Below are positions 9,801-21,800 of a DNA stretch of 64,000 nucleotides, one piece after another. Both the position numbers and the translations under genes were made by a program. Under the pieces are notes generated by a model. The model had not been told where the DNA came from, searched no databases, and was given only the letters and a program-made list of their open reading frames with translations. The stretch is from positions 992,001 to 1,056,000 of the forward strand of contig OY771506.1 in NCBI GenBank assembly GCA_963674705.1, given 5' to 3'. The stretch comes from Phycisphaeraceae bacterium (GTDB lineage: Bacteria > Planctomycetota > Phycisphaerae > Phycisphaerales > Phycisphaeraceae). How positions within the stretch are numbered: position 1 is the first letter of the stretch; every line of letters starts with the position of its first letter.

Positions 9801-12800
9801 TGTCGTGGTAGACAACATTTTCAATGCCGCTGGGGCTCGCATCATCCCACGTGTTACCAAAGGCCGGGACATCCGGCGGGAGGCCCTGCGTGCCGACGAG
9901 TCCGCTGTCGCTGTTGAGGTTAACGATCGCGCCGCTGGAAGCGGTGGCGGCCGTTGTGTAGCCGCTGAAGTCATTGAGGCCGGCGCTGGAGCCGTTGGAT
10001 CCGGAGCCGGTACCGAGGCCTGTGATATCCGAGCCGGTGTTGTCACCGAGGTCAGCGATACCGTCGTTCTGTATCAACACGCCGATCGTGTTGCCATTGA
10101 GATCATTATTCTCGATCAGGGCGGTGCCGCCGGCGACATCGATGCCGACTTCGTGGCCGGTGATCGTCGTCGGATTGTTGACGATGCTGGCTGAGCCGCC
10201 GGCGCTGACGAGTACGCCTGTCGAACCTGCCGTACCTGTGATATCACTATTCGTGATGCTGGCCGAACCGGTGCTGCCGACGTCGACGCCGATTGCGTTA
10301 CCGCTGATGGTCGCACCATCGATCGTCACACTGCCATTGCTATCGACATCCACACCGGTCGTGCCGTTCTGGATCGTCGTGCCGGCATTGATCGACACAG
10401 ACGCACCGTTGATCGACACGCCGTACTCGTTGCCGTCAAGCGTGTCACCGGTCAGTGTCACGATGCTTGTGTCCGTGCCGTCGTAACCGGCAGCGACACC
10501 ACTGGTGGAGTTGCTTATCACGTTGCCGGACAGATGCGCTTCGGTGCCGGGCGCGAAGTAGGTCGTCACAAGCACGCCCGCGGACGTCGAGCCGTCGGAA
10601 GCGGCCACACCGAGGTTGTCCGTGATGATGTTGTTGTTGATATTGGCGATCGCACCTGCGCTGACTTCGACCGCGTAGTCGAGGAAGTCGCCGACGCCCT
10701 TACCGGTGTAGGTGTTGCCGCTGAACGTACCGGTCGTCCCGGCGCCGAAGTACTGCACGCCGATCCTGCCGATCGTGTCGAAGTAGGAGTTGGTCACATC
10801 GACCGCACCGACGCCGCCGAATGCCGCGATAGCCGTACCCGCGTAAGGCGAGCCGGACGCGCTGTACTGGATCGTGCTGAACGCCACATCGTCGAACGAG
10901 CCGGTACCGAGATGCCGTACGGCCTGCCAGACGCTGTTGCCCGTGCCGTCATACGTCAGGCTGCTGACATCCAGGTCGATGCCCGCATTGACCAGCCACC
11001 AGCCGCGTGCATTGCCGCTGGTCGAGGTGTCGTAGCCCGGGGTCAGGATCGTGCCGACCCGGCTCTGACCGTCGATGGTCAGATTCTTATCGATGACGAC
11101 CTGTGAGCCTTCAACATACGTGCCGTCCTGGATATAGATCGTGTCGCCGGCCGTAGCCACATCCACCGCACGCTGCACCATCGCGTTGGTATTGATACCG
11201 CTGACGAAGCTGCTGGTGGTCAGGTAGTGGTTGCCCGCCGGGTCGAAGTCGATCAAGGCCGCGCCGTCCACATCGATCGCGTGGACGATCTGGTCCTCGA
11301 TGGTCCAGAACGCCGGGTCGCCCGTGCTGAGCGCGGCCGGGTTGACGCCGTCGAACGTTGCGCCGGTGACGTCGATCGTGTTTGAACTGACGAAGTAGGC
11401 CGGGGCAGGCGACGGGTTCACCGCTGCGAGGCTGATCGCCGCCGCCGTGTTGTCGAAGCCGGTAAACGTGCTGCCTGCCACGCTGATCATGTCAGGCGAC
11501 AACGTGCCTGTCTCATCCAGACCCAGCGCCGAGGCGCCGGCGGTTGAAGCCGCGCCGCGGACAAAGTCCGCATCGGCATCGACATTCGTCACGTTGCCGA
11601 ACATCATCAGGCCGATGACGTTGTTGCTCAGCGTGACGCTGTCACCGATCGTCTGGCCGATCTGGATGTTGTCGATCGAGCTTGTGACACCCGCGTTGAA
11701 CAGTGTAATGCCGCCGAACAGGAAGTCGCTGATGCTGATTGTTCCACCGATCGTGACATCACTGATCGAGCTGGCGCCGTGAGCATCATCGACGTACAAG
11801 CTGATACCGTTGCTTCCTTCCGGCCGCGTCGACGAACCATCGGAGAACGTGCCGCCGATGATGTCAATGTTCGAGCTGGCCCCGGTCGTGCTTGCACGAG
11901 CGGAGATACCGATGCCCGCCGAGTAGTTATCGACCGCGGTGAGGTTTGTCAGGACCGCGTCACGCACGCCGTTGAGGTCGAAACCATGTCCAACCGTCGG
12001 CGGGTTGACCGCACCGTTGTTGCTGGCGGTCGAATCCGTGATGACAAGGTCATCCATGTCGGACAGGTGGAAGCCGTCAAGGTCGTTGCCCGAGGATTCG
12101 ACATTGAGTATTTCGATGTGATCCTGGCCGTAAGCCACGACGCCATGACTCGCAGAACCGGTCACGTGCAGGTCCTGGACCGTCAGGCGATTCGAGGCAT
12201 CAAGACCGCTTGCACTGATCTGCAGACCGTACGTGCTGGATGCCGGGGTGATGATCGTATCCACCGCCGGGTTGCTGCCGCTGCCGGCGCCATCGAGGTT
12301 GACGTAACGGTTCACGTTGACGTCTTCGATATAGGTACCGGCATCGATAAAGACCGTGCCGCCCTCATCGACCACCTCGATACCACGGTTGATCAGGCTG
12401 CTGAAGGTCTCGGTGATGTAAGCCGTCCCGTCGACGACTTCAACAAAGCCGTGGAACGAGTTGAGGTGAGACGGATGATCCGGCTCAACGTAGTGCAGGA
12501 TGCGGTCTTCAACCTCGAACAATTCATCAAGCGTGAGGCTGGAGGCGGCGACCTGCGTGCCCGTTGTGGTATCCCACTGGGTATCCGTGCCGTCGGCCCG
12601 GAGCCAGGCAAAGTTATTATCCGGTGCGAACTCGATATCAGATACCAGCCCGCTGATACTGCTGACGATGCCGCGGAAGTAGGTGTTACCCAGGTCGACA
12701 CTGGCGGGAGTCGCTGTACCCTTGGAGGCAAGATCACCCACTGCGTCGAACCGCAGGACCGCACCCCACCCGCCGACCAGGTCGGAAGCGCCACCGCCGA

Positions 12801-15800
12801 GTACGACGTCGTTGAACGAGAAGTTGCTGACATCGGTGTACCGCTGGATGCCGATGAACTGATTGCGGTACGTGCCGGTGACTTCAATATCGTCAAGCAC
12901 GATGTTGCCGCCGGCGAGTACGCCCGTGCCATCACCCGCACCCACGCCGCGGAACTGGATCGCACTGCGTGCGCCGCTGCCGGCGCCTTCGTTGCGGTTG
13001 CCGACGTGGACCAGGCCGGTCAGTGTCGCGTCGCCGTTGTATTCGAAGAACTGGATGTCAGCCGTACCGCCGCTGCCGGCGATGCCGTTGTTGGAGAACG
13101 TCAGGTTGGTCAGATCAACATCCTGCACGGAGATGCCTGTGCCCGCGTCGCCGAAGACCGCGATCGCGTAGTAGTTGAATCCGGTGAAGTCACCGTTGGT
13201 GATCGACAGGTTGGCAAAGTCGGCCGCGGAGCCGACATAGACACCGGCGTTAGCCGTGCCGTTTAGGCCGTCGAAGTCGATATCCTGGATCGTGACGGTC
13301 TGGTCGTCACCGAAGCCGCTGCCGGCGATCGTGACGATGTTGCCGCTGCCGCTTGGCGTCCATAGCGTCGAGCTGCCCTGGCCGATGAGGTTGATGTCCT
13401 TATCGACGGTGACATTCTCGGCGAACGTGCCGGCGGTCAAGGTGACCGTCGCGTCTTCATTGGACTGATCGATAGCGGTCTGGATCGAGCCGGTGTAGCC
13501 CGCGGTGGGCTCGGTGATCCCGGCGGCTGTCAGGTAACCCTGAATCGCGGCGGAGACCGCCAGGTTGTTCGTCCAGACATGCTGGCCGGTCAGGTTGACC
13601 GAAGCACGCGGCAGGTCGCCGGCATTCATGACGTACAACTCGACGTTGGAGAAGTCCGCCACATCCTGTGTGACGCTGCTGCCGCTGTCTGCAAGCAACC
13701 GCACACCGACGGACATGTTGGCATAGGAATCGTTGGCGATCGTCACGTTACTGCTGACACCCGCAAGCGGGTTCGCGCCGCTGCCGGCGAAGGTCACGGA
13801 GACGCCCGTGCCGACATCGTTGAGGCCATCAGCCAGGTCATGCAGAGCATTACCGGTGATGGTCGCGCCGTTCACGTCATAGAGGTTGATGCCGTAGCCG
13901 CTTGCCGTGCCGACCGAGCCGAGGTCATAGATCTCGTTGCCGACGATCGACAGGTTGGACAGTTCGCCCCACGTGCTGACGCCGTTGCTGTCGCCGAGGA
14001 TGCCGTAGGTCAGCTCGCTGCCCGAGACCACCGGGTTCGGCAGAGCCATGCCGTGGATGAAGTTGTTTTCAATCGCGATGTTGTCGAGGTTGTTGCCGCC
14101 ACCAGAAATGTAGATGCCGTAGTTCGTGGCAGAACCACCGACGATTTCGAAACCGGCGAAGGTCACATCGCTGCTGGTGATGCGGATGCCTTCACCGATC
14201 GCACCTTCCTGGCCCTGCAGGTCGATGATCGCTTCGCTTGCATCACCGGCCGTACGACCGGACGTCGATGTGCCTGCATACGCGTCGCTGTGCAGGTTGA
14301 CCGACTGATCGAGGTCGAATCGCTCGTTATACGTACCGGCAAAGACGATGATCTCGCCGCCGGCGCTTACCGCGTCAAGCGCATCATTGATATTGGCAAA
14401 CGCATCGATGCCGTAGATCGCACTCACGCCGCCCACACCGTCCGGATCAACACCGACCACGGTGCCTGCCCAATCGTCGTCCACGTAAATCGGCGAGGTG
14501 ACGCCCGCGCCCTGCGGGTTGGTCGCGATGACCATGCTGCGGGTCGCGTCGTCCGTATCATCAAACACGATGGATTCGATCACGCCGGCAACTGTCGAAC
14601 CGAAGCTGTTGTTATCCGCATAAACATCGGGCTGTGCCGCGAGGTTCAGGTCTTCGATCGCGTAGTTACCGCCGACACCACTGTAGCCGGTCAGGTCGTT
14701 GTTACCGACGCTGGCAAGCGATCCGCCGCCGAGGTCGGCCGTCGCCCCGCCGTCAACCAGCACGCCTACCTGGTTGCCGGTCAGGTCGGTGTTCTGCACC
14801 GCGACCTGGCCGCCGACGATGGCGATGCCGACATCGACGTTGTCGCTGACATCGGCGTCGATGAGCACACCGCTCGGGCCGGTGTTGGCCTTACCGGGTT
14901 CACCGATACGGATGCCGATCTGGTTGCCGCTGATGGTCGTGCCGTCGATCACGACATCCGTAAGCGTCGCCGGGTTGGAGGCGTAGCTCGGGTCGTTGCC
15001 CGTGCCGCGCGCCTTGATCGTCAGGCCGGTGCCGTTTACTGCGTCGCCCGTGCCGGAGTTGGTGATCGCACCGCCGAGGATATCGATGTTGGTGTATGTG
15101 CCGTACTTCAGGTTGATATCGATACCCGAGTCATAGGTAGCCGCGCCACCCGTACCGCTGCTATCGACAGTGACATTATCGAGCGTCGCGTTGTCGAGTT
15201 TCTCGGTATAGAAACCCTTCTCCAGGTTATTGGAGAAGCTGGTGTTCTGGATGAGGATATCGGTGAAGTTCGCCTCGTTGTTCGTAATCGAACCGGAAGC
15301 GTAGACGGTCATGCCGTAATCGTTGCCGTCGAACGCGCTGTTGAGCAGGTCGAAGCCGACGATCGCGCCGAGCGTGGCGACACGCATGCCTGTCCCGTTG
15401 CCGGTCAGCGTGACGTCGTCGAACATCAGGTCCGTCAAGGAACTCTGGACGCTGACACCACGTGCGGCATTGTCTGCCTGGACGTGCAACAACTGAACGC
15501 CATCAACAGCCGTGTCGAACCGCACGGCATCGTTGGCATTAGTGATACGCAGGTTACTCAGGACCAGGTCATCCGCATGAACCAGTACGCCGTGCGACGC
15601 AACGCCGCCGGCATTGATGATGCTGCTCAAGCCCTGACCGTCGATCGTGACGCTCTTGTTCGCATCGACCGTACCTTCGAACGTACCGGCCGCCACGTTG
15701 ATCGTGTCACCGCCGACCGCGGCATCGACCGCCGCCTGGATGCTCATCGTGTTGCCGGTGTTATCGAAGACGTACAACTGCGTCGGGCCGCTGTTCGGCA

Positions 15801-18800
15801 GGCCGTTGGAATCGTCAGCCTCCTGGATGTAGCGGTCGTTGGCCGCGATGTGATCCGGCGAACCGGCTGCGGCGGCTTCTGCCTCAACAAGCGTCTGGTA
15901 GAAGCGTGTGTAGAGGTTGTCATTGTCTGACGTCGGGCCGCTCAGGGCGTAACCAAAGTCCGCCGAGAGGAACGTGACATCCGCGTTATCTGCCAGGTTG
16001 CTCGACCAGGAGATCAGTTCGGGATTGAGCGGATCGTTGTAGTTACCCATCTCAAGCTGCAAGCCGCCGTTGTCGGTCGCGGTTTCACCGAAGCTGTTCG
16101 TGCCGCTGAAGACGATGCCGCTTGTACCAAGCGGTGTGTATCGGCCCCAGGTAGCGATGGAGATGCCGATCCATGGGTTGTTGCTGGTCGTGATATTACT
16201 CAACGATGCACCATTGACATCGGTCATGAAGATGCCTGCGCCACCGTTGTTTTCAGACACAAGGTTGTTCAACGTGATGTTGCTGGCACCGAGGATGTCC
16301 AGGCCCGTACGGTAGCTGTCGCTGATGGTCACGCCATCAAGGACAACGCCGTCGACATCCGCAACCTTCACACCGTAGCGCGGCGTGCTGCTGGCATTGT
16401 TGCCGGTCACGGACAGGCTGCGAAGTTCGGTGTCGTCGGCCGTGAGATAGACGCCGGCATTGTTGTTGCCGGGTTGGCCGGTGTGGTCGATGATCGTCAC
16501 ACCCTGACCCTGACCGATGACCTTCACGCCTTCGGTGCTGATAAGCAGGTCTTCGTTGAACGTGCCGGCTTCAACATTGACGGTGTCCCCTACCGCCGCC
16601 ACGTTGACCGCGTTCTGGATCAGTTCATTACTCAGGCCTGTGCCCGGTGTCGTCACGTACAGATTGTCCGCCACCACGCGGATCAGACCGCTGGCCGCGT
16701 CGTCGGCTGCGTGATACATCTTGTCTTCGATGCGGAAGTTGTCGACCTCATCGTAGCTCGAACCGAGACCGACCAGGTTCATACCCAGGCCGGAAAGGTT
16801 CTCGATGTAATAATCGTCGCCGCCGAAGGTATTGCCCGCGCCGATCGTGATAGCGGTAGCGGTGGATGCCAACTGGATATCAACCAGGTTGTCGTTGGCG
16901 TTGTCGAAGCTGTTGCCGATGATGGTGGCCGAACCACTGACCAGGACGCCGATGTCGAGGTTCTGGAGGGTCACACCACTGACCATCGCCGAGTTACCGT
17001 CAGCGATCTGCACACCGATGCCGGACGCGCCGGTGATGCTGCCGCCGGTGATGTTGGCGGAACCCATGATCCCGCCGAGGTCGTAGGCGACGCCGGAATT
17101 GGTAACGATGTTGCCGTTCATCTCGACCGGCAGTGTGCCGGTGTAATCGATCGGGCTGCCGTAGTAGACATCGAGCCAATCGAAAGCCACATCAGCCTGG
17201 TCAACGGTGTTGTTGTCATAACTGACCGTGCTCGAAGCGCCGGAATGCGAGGTCACGCGGAAGGCTACCTGGGTTCCGGTGTTGCCGGCGTTGCCGCTGA
17301 AGCTGTTGCCCGAGACGGTGATGTTGCTCTGGTGGGCGTGGCCGTTTTCCCAGATGCCGTAGATGTTTTCACCACCACCGTTCATCACAACGATCTGGTT
17401 GCCGCTGATGTTCAAACCGTCGTAGTTCGTCCCGCCGTGCGTATTCGTTTGGATCGCGAACGTAGTCCCGTCACCGCTGCCATCCAACTCAAACAGGTTG
17501 TTGGTAATGGTGATGTTCGTGCCCCTACCGAAGTGAATACCGATGTTCTGGAAGCTGTCGGTCGCGTCGTCAGCCGCCACGCGGATGTGCATGTTATTGA
17601 TCGTCAGGTCGGAATAATCATCACCCGAATAGTAGAAGCCGATCGCGTTGTCGAAGTCGAGGATGCCGAAGTTCTCGAACGTCCAGCCGGTGTTCGTGCC
17701 GTTATCGAAGGCAAGGAACACGCCTTCCAGGTCGAAGCTCGTTATATCGCCCGGGCCCTGGATCGAAATGTTGTCAGCCGTGTTGGCGGTGACGGTCACA
17801 TCATTCTGGCCGTCTCCCAGCAGGATGCCGAAGTCGTCATCGGTCGATGCGACGCCGTCGTTGCCCAGTTCCCAGGATGCCAACGCGTTGGCTTCGTCCC
17901 AGTTAAAGATGCTGTCTGTGCCGTTGGGCAGCAGCATGATGGTGTCGCCCGCGGTAGCGGCTTCGATCGCGTTCTTGATACGGATGTAGTCGTTGTCCGC
18001 AGCCGTCGGCGACAGCGTCGGGGTGACGACGATCAGACCGCCCTGCAACTGGATGCGGCCAAGTGCCCCATCGTCCAACTGATCGGTGATCTTCGCTTCA
18101 GCAGCAGCCAACTGCGCCGGCGTCAGGCTCGCGCCGATCGTGCCATCAACCGTCACTGCCGAAGCATCGACGACAAGGTTATCCAGCGCGCCGTTAAGCA
18201 GCGTGACGTAGTCGCCGCTCTGGCCTGTGAACGACAGGTCATTAAGCGACAGGCCCGTAATCTGTGTACCAGCTCCGTCGATCTGCAAGCCGGTCGTCCC
18301 GCCGCTGATTGTGTTGCCCGCACCCACTGTCAGAACAGGATCAACCGTGGCGTCATCATCGATCATCTGCACGCCGATATCGGCGCCGCTGATCGTGTTA
18401 CCCGTGAGTGTGGCTTCGGAGTTGCCGCCGCTACCGCTGAACGCGACGATTGCAATACCGATGTTACCGCCGGTGATGTCGTTACCGGTCAGATCGGATG
18501 TGCTTTGATCAACAAGAATCCCCTCGTAACGGTTGGCAACCGATGAGCCGAGGATGTTGTTGCTGACCTGGACCGTACCGCCCCAGCTATAGATACCGAT
18601 GTCATTGGCGTCGATCGTGTTACCGTCGATCACCACGCCGCTGCCGGCATCGTAGAGCAGAATGCCGATGGACTGCCAGTCATTGAACAGGTCAGGCCCG
18701 CCGGTGGTGCCGCTGTACATGTGGTCGCTGATCGTGTTGCCGACCACCGTACCCGTCGCGCCGCCGAGCATGACGATGCCGTTCTGCGCGATCACCGTGA

Positions 18801-21800
18801 CATCACCGCTGCCGGTGATCATGTTGCCGCTGATGTCGACTGTCAGGCCGACGCCGCGCAGGTCGATGCCGTTCTTCTGGTAGTCTTCGATCGTGCTGTC
18901 GGTGACGCTGACCGTGTATGGCCCGCCATCATCAACACCGGCGAAGATCGCACGGCCGCGCTGCGTGCCGGCAAGCACGCTGTCGCGCACGCCTGTCACC
19001 GTCACGTTGTCGATCGTGACATTCGCGTTGAGGATGCCGATGCCGTCAAAATCATTGCCCGAAACCACCGCGTTGCCCGCGCCGTTGCCATCCACCGTCA
19101 ATGTCTGGATGGTCACCGTACCGCCGGTCACCGCGACGACAGACTGCTTGGTCTGCCCGCTGTAAACAAAGCTGTTATCCAGTGTCAGCACCGGAGGCGC
19201 CTGGATCACCGTGCCCAGTTCGCTCTCGCCCGTCACGACCAGACCGAAGTCGATGAGCAACTGCTCGCCATATGTGCCGTCATAGATCTTGACTTCACCG
19301 CTGCCGCCATTAACGACCGCGGCAATCGCATCGCTGATCGTGGCGAACTGATCGTAACCATATCCCGTGCCGTCGCCGTGCGAACCACCCGCGCCGTCGG
19401 CATCAACGCCGAGGGCCGTACCCGCCCAATCGTCATCGACATACACGATGGTCGGTGCGGTCAGGACCGGGGCCTGTGAGAACAGGACTTCGGTGTACTG
19501 CGCATCGTCAACGGTGTGATAGACGACGTTTTCAATCAGGACCGAAAGGTTCGAGCCGAAGTCGTTGCCTTGTGCATAGACATCAACATTGCCCGCCGCG
19601 TCTTCGTTGAGGTTTTCAATGGCGTAGTTGCCGGCGAGGCCCGAATAACCGGTCAGCGTATTGCCGCCGGCGCTGGTGCCGAGGCCCGTGTTGCCGCCGC
19701 CGCCCGCATCCACCTGTGCATCGCTGCTAACGCGGATGCCGACCGAGTTGCCCGCCAGGTCCGTACCTTCGACTAACGCGTTGGCGTTATCGACCGAAAG
19801 GCCGATCGTGTTGCTGTTGACGAAGCTGTTTAGCAACGTGAGGTTGCCGGCCGTCTGGTCGATACCGGTTGCCGCCCCGCTGATGGTCACGCCATCAAGC
19901 GTCAGGCCGCTGCCAAGGATCTGCGCGCCGGCTGTTGTCGCGGAAATCGACCCACCGGTGAGCGTCGCTTCACCATTGCCATCAACCTGCAAGCCGATGT
20001 CGTTGCCACTGAGCACAACACCGGTGAGTGACAGCGAGCCGCCGTCCACCAGGATGCCCACATCGTTGCCGGTCAGGCCGGACAGATCATCCAGCGAGGC
20101 GATGGTGACGTCGTAGCCGTTCGTGTCCGCATCGTATTCCGACAGCTTCAAGCCGAGGTCGTTGTTCGTAATCGCGTTATTGCTGAGCGTCGCGCTGATC
20201 TGGCGATCGCTGCTGGTCAAGGCCAGTTTGATACCCGTTTCCAGATCGTTGATGTCGTTATCCGAAATAACCGCGACCGCGTTGCCGTGGTCTTCACCTT
20301 CGGTCAGCAGGATACCCGTGCCGGCCCGGCCGGTGCCTTGGATCGTGTTGCCGACGATCTGCGTCACCTTGCTCAAGTCAGGCGTGTACTGAACGAGGAT
20401 ACCTGTGTTCTGATCGCCGACGGTGAGTTGGTTGTTCTGGATCGTAACTTCGCCCGGGTTCCACCAGACGTTCATGCCGATCACATCGCTGCCGCTTGAG
20501 ATATCGATGATGTTTTCATCGCCCGGGTTCGGCCCGCCGATCATGCTGCCATCCGCGAGATTCACCAGGCTCATGCCGATCCCGTACATCACGTAGCCGG
20601 TGTCCCGGATGTTGGTGATCTGGTTGCCCTGGATCGTCACGAGCGAAGCACCGGCATTGGTTCCGTCATAGAACAGGTTGTTCATCACGATGCCGACCGA
20701 GACATCATCAATGGTGTTGTCCAGAATCGTCGCGCTCGTATCAGCGACAATACCCCACAAGGCGTTGCTGATATCGTTGCCGATGAAGGTGGCCTGGGAA
20801 TAACCACGGATCGCCGCGGCGCTGGCGGTTGCATTGTCGCCGTTGACGTTGCTGATCGTGTTGTAGAGGAACTGCGCTTCGCCGATCGAGATGATGCCGT
20901 CGTTACGCGTCACATCGGTGATCAGGCTGTTTTCAACCACGTGACCGCTCGATGTAGTGCTGCCGATGTAGATACCACGGCGGTAGATGTTCTGAATCGT
21001 CACATCATCGACGTGCAGGTTATCGAAGCTGCCGCCGTCGGCAGTGGTGATACCCATACGGAAGTTGTGATCGTTGGGCGATAGCGCGGCGTTGGCTTCG
21101 CCGTCGATCGTCAGCGTCTGGATCGTGATGTCATCGGCCGCAACAATCAGGCCCTGCTGATACGTGCCGGCAAACCCGCCGTTGGCGTGATCGTCCACCG
21201 CCTTGGGCGCGATGATCACACCGGATCGGCTTTCGCCTTCCAGTGTCAACGACTGGCTGATCGTGGTGTTCGACTCGTTGTACTGGCCGTTGAGTACATG
21301 GACGGTGCCGCTGGCGTCGACCATGTCCACCGCTTCCTGCAGCCGCCCGGCCGTTCCGCTCTGCGCACCGAGTGTCGTCACATGCACCGTACCAAAGTCG
21401 CCTTGGAACCCGGCCGCGAGTACGTCAGTATCGGCGCTGCTGACCAGGAACGGGCTGAAGTCCACCAGGCCCAACGTCTGTGCCGCGACGCCCGCCTGTG
21501 TCATCGTGCCCCAATAGTTGCCGGAGGCATTCACTTTTGTCGCTGAGGAGTTACTGATCGCACGTACCGTGTTGCCCGCCAGGCTGCTGCCGAAGACGGT
21601 CGCCGAACCGGTCGCACCAACCAGCACGCCCGTGGCGTTACCGCTGATAACGCTTTCGCTGATAGCCGCGCTGCCGGCCGAAGCACTGACGCCTGCGGTA
21701 TTCGCATTGATGATCTGGCTGCCCACAACCTGCGCGCTGCCGCCATTGACAATCTCAACACCGAAGATCCCGGCGTTGGTCAGAATCGACGCGTCAACAG